In this document: in pieces, positions 20,201 to 26,633 of the stretch
Numbering within the stretch: the stretch's first letter is position 1
How the letters are laid out: every line of letters begins with the position of its first letter
Source: Psychrobacter sp. HD31
Lineage (GTDB): Bacteria; Pseudomonadota; Gammaproteobacteria; Pseudomonadales; Moraxellaceae
Length of the DNA: 32,000 nucleotides
NCBI RefSeq assembly: GCF_051097895.1
Contig: NZ_CP142525.1
Span: 1,890,001 to 1,922,000 of the forward strand
Reading direction: 5' to 3'
Position numbers and translations under genes: made by a program
Notes under the pieces: model-generated
The model's database searches: none
Told to the model about the DNA's origin: nothing
The model's input: the letters and a program-made list of their open reading frames with translations, nothing else

Positions 20201-22834
20201 GCTATTAATATTAGTGTAACGGGTGATGCAGCAAACTTTTTTGCACTGTTGCAAACCAGCAATCAAGCCATTTCGTTAGATGATGTGCAGCCTGCGCATC
20301 AAATTACCAAGGTGTTCTCAACAGGGGCAATGAGTCATGGTGCCTTGGTTGAGCGTGCTCACCAAGCGGTTGCTCATGGTGCCAATATTGCTGGTGCGTT
20401 AAGTAACTCAGGTGAAGGTGGTGAACAGTCTTACCGCTATAACTCAATCAAAGCAAGTAAAATTAAACAGTTTGCTTCTGGTCGTTTTGGTGTGTGGACA
20501 GGTTATGTTGCTGATCCATCGCTTGAAGAAATTGAGATTAAGATTGGGCAAGGTGCAAAACCAGGTGAAGGTGGTCAGTTGCCTGCCAAAAAGGTTAATG
20601 TTGAAATCGCGGCCGCCCGAAGTGGTACACCAGGGGTGGAACTTGTTTCGCCACCACCGCACCATGATACCTATTCTATTGAAGATTTGGCTCAGCTAAT
20701 TCATGATGCGAAATGTGCAAGGGTACGTGTTATTGTTAAGCTGGTATCTTCTGAAGGTGTCGGTACGATTGCGGTGGGTGTTGCTAAAGCTGGTGCTGAT
20801 GTGATTAACATCGCGGGTAACACAGGTGGTACAGGCGCAGCTCAGGTAACCAGTCTTAAGCATTCAGGTCGAGTGGCAGATATTGGTATTGCCGAAGTAC
20901 ACCAAGCCTTAGCAGAAAATGGATTGCGTGACAAAGTAGTATTACGTTGCTCAAATGCCCATCAGACTGGCTTAGATGTGGTTAAATCAGCCATTTTAGG
21001 TGGTGATAGCTTTGAGTTTGGTACAACCGCACTCATGATGCTTAAATGTGTGATGGCTAAAAACTGTAACGTTAAATGCCCAGCAGGTTTAACTACTAAC
21101 CCAGAGTTATATGAAGGTGATCCAAGAGCCTTAGCGCAATACTTTATTAACCTTGCGCACGAGGTACGTGAAATATTAGCGAAACTTGGTTATCGCTCAC
21201 TTGACGAAATACGTGGACAAACCCATTTGCTTAACTTAATTAATCATTCAGAAATGGTTGGACAAATTGATGCAACTGGTTTACTACGTCAAGTAGATGT
21301 GGTGAAAGTAGACAAGCCAATTTACTTAGAGGCTAATTTTGAGGTCGATGATTATTATTATGACCGCTTTATGCACAAGCTAATTAATGGTAAAGCACGC
21401 AAAATTAATATTAAAGGTCCTAAACTTAACAACCGTAATAAAACAGTTGGTGGTCAATTCTCGGTAGATGTAGAGCGTTTATTAAACTACACACTAACCG
21501 ATGAGCAAGTGGCAGAACAACCAGCCATTAAAGTACTGGCAAATGGACGAAGAGTATTAGAAGAAGACAGTGTTACCATTTATACTCACAACGCCGGTGG
21601 GCAAAGTTTTGGTGCCTTTAACACATCAGGTATTACCCTAATTAACAAAGGGGTGGTTAATGATGGTGTTGGTAAAGCCTTAACAGGCGGTTGTATCGTG
21701 GTTAAGAGCCCAGGTTTTGCTCGTCATTGGGATTCAGTAAGTGCCGACCGTAACGTTGTGGTGGGTAACTTTGCGTTATTTGGTGCCGTGGGTGGTGAGC
21801 TGTATGTAGAAGGACAAGCAGGCGACCGTTTTGGTGTCCGTAACTCGGGTGCGGTTGCGGTTGTTGAAGGTGTGGGTGATTTTTGCTGTGAATACATGAC
21901 CAATGGTTCGATTGTAAACCTTGGTAGTTATGGTAAAGGTTTTGGTAATGGTATGAGCGGTGGTACCGCTTATCAGTATGACCCAACTGGCGAAATTGTT
22001 AATCGTTGCTCAAAAGATTCGGTTGTCGCTTTACCACTTGCCGAAAAAGTAAAATTGGCAAGAGAGCAAGAGTACGCATTGATTGAACACTTGCAAGAGC
22101 ACTTGCGCCGTACGGGTTCTGAAGTCACGCAAAAAATATTGTCAGACTGGGATAACTCTCGTCAAGACTTTTATTATTTTGTGCCAGTAGCATTAATGAA
22201 TCATCACCGCAGTGAAAACATTGCTAAGTTGATTCCTCGTAAACAAATGATTGAAGAGCTAGCCGTAGCACTAGCCAAAAAACAAGCCAGCAGATTAGTC
22301 GCCGCTTTTGATGAGCATGAAAAATCTGGCACACCACTATTTGGCGGTATGATTCCATCGGTGGGTGATACGCATTCAGATCTTATGTCACAATATATTA
22401 ATGTGACAGGTGTGTGGCACAGAGCTTGCGAGCATTCGCAAAAAGCTTTAGGGATTGAAACGACCCTAGTTGATCTTGGCAACATAAAATGGCAAGCAGA
22501 TAACGATAAAATCAATGAGGGTGCTATTAAACTATTACGTACGCAAGAACGTAAGTTAATGGACAATCTATATAAAGATGTACGTGAAGCAATTGCCGAT
22601 TATAGTGATAACGCATTAGCAAGTTTACTTGCAAACAAACGTGTAGAAGACTATAAAGAGGCTCGTAGTAAGCGTGAAGTTACGGAGTCTAAAGCATATG
22701 GTACTGAAGTATGGATTGATGAATGTGATCGTGTAAATGCTAAAGAGTTGGCAGAGTTTGAATCGCTCGAACAACAATTGGCAGTCCATTACCTAAAATT
22801 TATTTTAGGCATGATGGCAACAGAAACAGTATAA
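17282..22834 (+). CDS. gltB: Glutamate synthase large (alpha) subunit-like protein, atypically long (Ntn-amidotransferase + central + FMN/3Fe-4S + GXGXG domains, plus an internal insertion and a C-terminal extension)
   Basis: Nucleophile Cys in ...LEHSSCGVGFI; RFSTNTAPNP..AQPFRRMAHNGELNT; DGPAAIIFFDG..VGARLDRLGLRP; FMN domain ...STGAMSHGAL...SNSGEGGE...KQFASGRFGV...IKIGQGAKPGEGGQLPAKKV...GVELVSPPPHHDTYSIEDLAQLIHD; Cys triad LKCVMAKNCNVKCPAG; GXGXG beta-helix (...GGQSFGAF..SG..L...G..NDGVGKALTGG.IVV...GN.ALFGA.GGELYVEGQAGDRFGVRNSGA.AVVEGVGDFCCEYMTNG.IV.LG..G.GFGNGMSGG.AY). The start is ambiguous: GTG 17237 (track) or ATG 17282. Both precede the catalytic Cys, which is exposed by propeptide removal in this family. 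Confidence 0.9.
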   Translation: MTRQLFDQDLEHSSCGVGFITNKKSIQTHELLEHAHEALCKIPHRGGMSAEGVGDGAGVNIDISLNFYRHLTDIEDLKAGEFGVGNFFFPKDETQHKRSEQAIRDVLKAHDLKILLWRDVETNPEVLNLAAQKSQLVIHQVVFAKPKSIELSENSQEHFEKVIHLALKKIEALSLNDESLAGLFPLSMSSKSQVYKGRLNSWEVVPYFKDLTNPEHKIHTLFFHTRFSTNTAPNPLFAQPFRRMAHNGELNTDKKNRLSVAAIAKSRGKELKFPKGQSDSARLDQTLARRMIEDEMTIDKALVAMMPPAWENDINYSKESNPKVRAMLEYFSLSEEKNDGPAAIIFFDGTKVGARLDRLGLRPLRSIETHDYFAVMSEAGQIDFDPSTVVGRGRIKAGGMVMFDHASQQILRSDEILEELANEQNYQELLDAAKIDIDELPEAKQSDYAIPTDLCLSARHVAYSLNQESFRFFLDPMMAEAKEKVSAMGFGLAPAGIEPNEGGMSRYFSQRFAQVTNPSLDSIREADGMTLRVALGAKPNFSNGSTKQLMIESPILQPQQLMQIKALGDDQAIGVQTLDALYVPSDDETKNQENLKAAIASVCEQVAQLADPKNQPSGNPHGIIVLSDVNISKQHAPIPAILLVSAVNQHLIAKGLRFYTNIVMETGQAVSTHDIACILGFGASAVCPVTVYSRALELYQQPDAVAKALNNYQKAVEKALMKTMGKFGLCTVESYIGGEFFEANFLDTQDEYLAKVFPSIRSPLGGASFTEIAKSATDWHNKIKEVQTEEQIPLLGLFKERGDGAGHGFGVTAVREFVAMTEEDFSYTDEVIKNEEATLLPNDTSYTDLGYEKRTPEQIDKHSITPAYRHFAEEVYAERDERPATLRDVLVLPFDASNAKIADDFETLFKKYSSKGNNNLSVQGLTITATSAQELDQAQADYQITLANKNYDAFAQAAKAVFGDQVTAQVADQAINISVTGDAANFFALLQTSNQAISLDDVQPAHQITKVFSTGAMSHGALVERAHQAVAHGANIAGALSNSGEGGEQSYRYNSIKASKIKQFASGRFGVWTGYVADPSLEEIEIKIGQGAKPGEGGQLPAKKVNVEIAAARSGTPGVELVSPPPHHDTYSIEDLAQLIHDAKCARVRVIVKLVSSEGVGTIAVGVAKAGADVINIAGNTGGTGAAQVTSLKHSGRVADIGIAEVHQALAENGLRDKVVLRCSNAHQTGLDVVKSAILGGDSFEFGTTALMMLKCVMAKNCNVKCPAGLTTNPELYEGDPRALAQYFINLAHEVREILAKLGYRSLDEIRGQTHLLNLINHSEMVGQIDATGLLRQVDVVKVDKPIYLEANFEVDDYYYDRFMHKLINGKARKINIKGPKLNNRNKTVGGQFSVDVERLLNYTLTDEQVAEQPAIKVLANGRRVLEEDSVTIYTHNAGGQSFGAFNTSGITLINKGVVNDGVGKALTGGCIVVKSPGFARHWDSVSADRNVVVGNFALFGAVGGELYVEGQAGDRFGVRNSGAVAVVEGVGDFCCEYMTNGSIVNLGSYGKGFGNGMSGGTAYQYDPTGEIVNRCSKDSVVALPLAEKVKLAREQEYALIEHLQEHLRRTGSEVTQKILSDWDNSRQDFYYFVPVALMNHHRSENIAKLIPRKQMIEELAVALAKKQASRLVAAFDEHEKSGTPLFGGMIPSVGDTHSDLMSQYINVTGVWHRACEHSQKALGIETTLVDLGNIKWQADNDKINEGAIKLLRTQERKLMDNLYKDVREAIADYSDNALASLLANKRVEDYKEARSKREVTESKAYGTEVWIDECDRVNAKELAEFESLEQQLAVHYLKFILGMMATETV

Positions 22835-22860
22835 ACATCAATCATACAAAGGATATAACA

Positions 22861-24612
22861 ATGGATAAGCAAAAGTTAGTAGATATCTTATCAGGCGGTT
22901 TACAGTCAGCAGCTTTGCCAATTGGATTGCCGTTAAACAAACAACAAAAACAATGGCTTGGCGGTTTTTTTGCAGGCTTGCAAACACAGTCAGCCACGGC
23001 TGGTGGGTTAGAGACCACAGGCAAACCTTTACTCATTATTTATGGTACTCAAACAGGCAATTCAGAGGCGGTTGCAGAAGATGCTGCCGCTGCTGCTAAG
23101 GCAAACGGGCTTGCACCAGTTGTGATGGATATGGATGATGTGGATGTTGCCACTTTAGCAAATACTGAACGCTTATTAGTGGTGACCAGTACCTATGGTG
23201 AAGGTGAAATGCCAGATAATGCTCACCTATTGTGGGAAGCCATTTGTGAAGAATCAGCACCAACATTGGATAAAACCTTTTACTCAGTATTGGCGCTGGG
23301 TGACTCAAGCTATGATGATTTTTGCCTTGCAGGCAAAGAATGGGATGAGCGTTTGCAATCATTGGGGGCAACTAAAATTGCAGACAGAGTCGATTGCGAT
23401 GTTGATTTTGATGAAGCCGCCAGTGGCTGGATAGAAACCGTATTGCCAATTATTAGCGAAAAAGGCTCAGATGAGGTGGCTGCACCAACAGCGGCTACTA
23501 ACAAGCCTGCTAAAAGCAAATTTAACCGTAAAAACCCATTGCCTGCCATTTTAAAAACAAAACGCATACTCACAGCGCCTGAGTCTAGTAAAGAGATTGT
23601 GCATTATGAGTTTGATCTAGCCGATAGTGGTGAAACCTATGTAGCCGGTGATGCACTAAACATTGTGCCAGTGAATCGTGATGATTTAGTGAATGAGTTT
23701 TTGGCATACTTTGCTGAAGAAGCAAATGACACAGTACGTCAGCAATTAACGACAGAGTTAGAAATACGCACACCGAGTAAAGAGCTGGTTAAACTGGTTG
23801 CCGAAAAAGGTGGCGATGATGAGTTAAATAGGCTACTTGCAAATAATGACCCAGAAGCTTTGGATGACTTTTTGTGGGGTAAAGACTGCTATGAGCTGGT
23901 AACAAACTATGCTGGTGATGATTTAACTCTAAATGAGTTTTTAGCCACCTGTAAGCCGTTGGTTGCACGTGCATATTCAATCTCCTCTAGCATTAAAAAG
24001 CATGAGAATGAGGTTCACCTGACCATTGGTAGCGTACGTTATAAAACAAACGAACGTCATCAAAATGGGGTTGCTTCAACTTATTTGGCAGATATTGCGA
24101 ATGAAGGGGATACCGTACACTGTTATTTCTCTCCAAATAAGAGCTTTAAGATTCCACAAGATGGCAGCTTACCTATTATCATGGTTGGTCCAGGCACTGG
24201 TATTGCGCCATTCCGCTCGTTCCTTGAAGCAAGAGAGATGACCCAAGCAACAGGTGACAACTGGCTACTATTTGGTGATCGTAACGCAGCGACAGACTTT
24301 ATCTATCGAGAAGAAGTAGAAGCAATGCAAGCAAGCGGATTGCTTACCAAATTGAGTTTAGCATTTAGCCGAGACCAAGCAGAAAAGATATACGTACAAG
24401 ACCGAATGAAAGAAGAAGGTGCAGAACTATTTGCATGGCTTGAACGTGGTGGCTACTTTTATATATGTGGTGATGCTTACCGTATGGCAAAAGACGTTGA
24501 TAAAGCCTTGCATGAGCTAATTGCCGAACATGGGAATATGAGTGATGATGAGGCAGTTAGCTATGTCAATCAGCTTAAAAAAGATAAGCGTTATGTTAGA
24601 GATGTTTATTAA
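22861..24612 (+). CDS. CysJ-like diflavin reductase, paralog 1 (flavodoxin-like FMN domain + FAD domain + NADPH domain)
   Basis: LLIIYGTQTGNSEAVAE...LLVVTSTYGEGEMPDNA...YSVLALGDSSYDDFCLAGKEWDERL (FMN domain); ...VARAYSISSS... (FAD); IIMVGPGTGIAPFRSF...FGDRN...YVQD...YFYICGDAYRMAKDV... ending RYVRDVY, like E. coli CysJ (...RYQRDVY). It starts 26 nt after the gltB-like stop, with AAGGA ~7 nt upstream and no intervening terminator. Confidence 0.85.
   Translation: MDKQKLVDILSGGLQSAALPIGLPLNKQQKQWLGGFFAGLQTQSATAGGLETTGKPLLIIYGTQTGNSEAVAEDAAAAAKANGLAPVVMDMDDVDVATLANTERLLVVTSTYGEGEMPDNAHLLWEAICEESAPTLDKTFYSVLALGDSSYDDFCLAGKEWDERLQSLGATKIADRVDCDVDFDEAASGWIETVLPIISEKGSDEVAAPTAATNKPAKSKFNRKNPLPAILKTKRILTAPESSKEIVHYEFDLADSGETYVAGDALNIVPVNRDDLVNEFLAYFAEEANDTVRQQLTTELEIRTPSKELVKLVAEKGGDDELNRLLANNDPEALDDFLWGKDCYELVTNYAGDDLTLNEFLATCKPLVARAYSISSSIKKHENEVHLTIGSVRYKTNERHQNGVASTYLADIANEGDTVHCYFSPNKSFKIPQDGSLPIIMVGPGTGIAPFRSFLEAREMTQATGDNWLLFGDRNAATDFIYREEVEAMQASGLLTKLSLAFSRDQAEKIYVQDRMKEEGAELFAWLERGGYFYICGDAYRMAKDVDKALHELIAEHGNMSDDEAVSYVNQLKKDKRYVRDVY
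24171..24527 (+). repeat. Near-identical 357-bp tract, copy 1 (NADPH-domain coding region shared by the two diflavin reductase paralogs)
   Basis: Aligned by eye to 26094-26450 at a constant offset of 1923 bp. There are 3 mismatches (24231, 24243, 24495), all synonymous. 24244-24494 is a perfect 251-bp run. Similarity drops sharply on both flanks. Confidence 0.95.
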
Positions 24613-24635
24613 ATTTTTAAACTTATAGATTGTGT

Positions 24636-24668
24636 AAAAAAGGCTGGATGGGTATCCAGCCTTTTTTA
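24636..24668 (+). terminator. Rho-independent terminator after diflavin reductase paralog 1
   Basis: AAAAA-GGCTGGAT-GGGT-ATCCAGCC-TTTTTT. This is a perfect 8-bp GC-rich stem (24642-24649 / 24654-24661) with a 4-nt loop and a T6 tract, starting 24 nt after the stop codon. The upstream A-tract makes it symmetric. Confidence 0.8.
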
Positions 24669-24768
24669 TTTGTGCTTTTTACCATATTTAGCTTGCTGTT
24701 AAAACTTAACTAGTTTACACTTGTTAACTGATTAAAGGTCTCATATCTATTAGGTTTAAAAGCATAAG

Positions 24769-26535
24769 ATGACAAAAGATAATCCTCAACAACAAGAACA
24801 AACAAGTGGTTTTTTTGGTTGGCTAAAAAGCCTATTAGGTCTTACCGAAATCGATATGGGGTTGTCAGATTTTGATGACAGTGCAGGCAAGCACCTCACA
24901 ATCATTTATGGCACCCAAACAGGTAACGCCCAGTCGGTTGCCGAGATGGTTGCCGAACAAGCCAAAGCCATCGGTTTAGACACCTCGTTAAGAGATATGG
25001 AAACCGTAGATATTAGTATTTTTAAAGAGCTGGAACACTTGCTTGTGGTTACCAGTACTTTTGATGATGGTGGTATGCCTGAAAATGCTGAAGCTTTGTG
25101 GGAGTCAATTTGTGACCCAAGTGCCCCTATGCTCAATGGGCTTAAATACTCGGTATTAGGTTTAGGCGACTCAACTTACTTAAATTTTTGTATGGCAGGT
25201 AAGGAGTGGGATGCACGCCTAGAAGCTTTAGGCTGTGTTAGCATGGTTGACCGTGTAGATTGTGATGTGGATTATGAAGCCCCATCAACGGCGTGGGCGC
25301 AAAACGTGCTAACCATCATTGCCAAAGCCTATGGTTTGCAGGACAATTTAGGCAACTTAACCAACCTAAGTAGCCAACAAGCCCCAACGCATGTGCAATA
25401 TACGCATAATCGTAAAAATCCATTAAATGCCAAAATGTTAACCAAAAAAGTGTTAACGGCGGCAAACTCTACTAAACAGATTATGCACTATGAGCTCGAT
25501 ATCAGTGAGCTGGCTGATTTAAACGGCAATAATGACAATATGCCGTTATATGCAGAAGGTGATGCCATTCATATCCTCCCAAAAAATAACTCAAACTTAG
25601 TACAAGACGTTTTAAGTTATTTTGCAGTAACCCAAGCCACGCAAGAGCATGCTGCATTGGTTAATCAATTTACTAATGAGATTGAAATACGCACACCAAG
25701 CAAAGAGTTGGTGAAACTGGTTGCCGAAAAAGGTGGCAATGATGAGTTAAATAGGCTACTTGCAAACAATGACCCAGAAGCACTCGATGACTTTTTGTGG
25801 GGCAAAGATAGCCTAACGCTTATCAAAACCTATGCGGATAAAAAAATAGCCTTAAATGAGTTTAAAGCGGTTTGTTCACCATTGGTTGCACGTGCTTATT
25901 CCATTTCATCTAGCCCCCATAAACACCCGCATCAAGTGCATATGACTGTACGAAGTGTGCGTTATAATACTGCTCAAAAAGAGCACAGTGGCGTGGCTTC
26001 AACCTATTTGGCAGATATGGTTAATGAAGGCGACACCCTACAGTGTTATTTTACGTCAAATGCCAGTTTTAAATTGCCAGAAGATGGTAGCCTACCTATT
26101 ATCATGGTTGGTCCAGGCACTGGTATTGCGCCATTCCGCTCGTTCCTTGAAGCCAGAGAGATGACGCAAGCAACAGGTGACAACTGGCTACTATTTGGTG
26201 ATCGTAACGCAGCGACAGACTTTATCTATCGAGAAGAAGTAGAAGCAATGCAAGCAAGCGGATTGCTTACCAAATTGAGTTTAGCATTTAGCCGAGACCA
26301 AGCAGAAAAGATATACGTACAAGACCGAATGAAAGAAGAAGGTGCAGAACTATTTGCATGGCTTGAACGTGGTGGCTACTTTTATATATGTGGTGATGCT
26401 TACCGTATGGCAAAAGATGTTGATAAAGCCTTGCATGAGCTAATTGCCGAGCATGGTAAAATGAGTGATTTAGATGCGATGGCGTATGTTAATAAACTGC
26501 AAAAACAAAAACGGTATGTTAAAGATGTTTATTGA
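24769..26535 (+). CDS. CysJ-like diflavin reductase, paralog 2
   Basis: Same three-domain architecture: LTIIYGTQTGNAQSVAE...LLVVTSTFDDGGMPENA...YSVLGLGDSTYLNFCMAGKEWDARL; VARAYSISSS; IIMVGPGTGIAPFRSF...; ends RYVKDVY. It is intact (no frameshift or stop). Only a weak Shine-Dalgarno-like sequence precedes the ATG. Confidence 0.85.
   Translation: MTKDNPQQQEQTSGFFGWLKSLLGLTEIDMGLSDFDDSAGKHLTIIYGTQTGNAQSVAEMVAEQAKAIGLDTSLRDMETVDISIFKELEHLLVVTSTFDDGGMPENAEALWESICDPSAPMLNGLKYSVLGLGDSTYLNFCMAGKEWDARLEALGCVSMVDRVDCDVDYEAPSTAWAQNVLTIIAKAYGLQDNLGNLTNLSSQQAPTHVQYTHNRKNPLNAKMLTKKVLTAANSTKQIMHYELDISELADLNGNNDNMPLYAEGDAIHILPKNNSNLVQDVLSYFAVTQATQEHAALVNQFTNEIEIRTPSKELVKLVAEKGGNDELNRLLANNDPEALDDFLWGKDSLTLIKTYADKKIALNEFKAVCSPLVARAYSISSSPHKHPHQVHMTVRSVRYNTAQKEHSGVASTYLADMVNEGDTLQCYFTSNASFKLPEDGSLPIIMVGPGTGIAPFRSFLEAREMTQATGDNWLLFGDRNAATDFIYREEVEAMQASGLLTKLSLAFSRDQAEKIYVQDRMKEEGAELFAWLERGGYFYICGDAYRMAKDVDKALHELIAEHGKMSDLDAMAYVNKLQKQKRYVKDVY
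26094..26450 (+). repeat. Near-identical 357-bp tract, copy 2
   Basis: Partner of 24171-24527 (see that entry). Confidence 0.95.
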
Positions 26536-26562
26536 TAAATAGTAACATCAACATGTTAGAAT

Positions 26563-26602
26563 AAGCTAAGTAGCAAAAGCAACTTAGCTTTTTTTGTTTT
26601 TA
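26563..26602 (+). terminator. Rho-independent terminator after diflavin reductase paralog 2
   Basis: AAGCTAAGT (26563-26571), loop AGCAAAAGCA, ACTTAGCTT (26582-26590). This is a perfect 9-bp stem followed by TTTTTTTGTTTTT. Confidence 0.7.
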
Positions 26603-26633
26603 TAGCCATGCAAATAAATAATAGGTATCAACA

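Noticed and set aside
22861-26535. Reading the two cysJ-like genes as ordinary assimilatory sulfite reductase flavoprotein genes
   Set aside because: Not fully excluded, but no cysI, cysH or other sulfur-assimilation gene is adjacent. Paralog 1 is tightly coupled to the gltB-like gene in the position gltD normally occupies. I kept it as the alternative hypothesis in the main finding rather than as the call.
24769-26535. Paralog 2 as a decaying pseudogene copy
   Set aside because: The ORF is full length with all cofactor-binding motifs intact and its own terminator. The three differences in the converted tract are synonymous.
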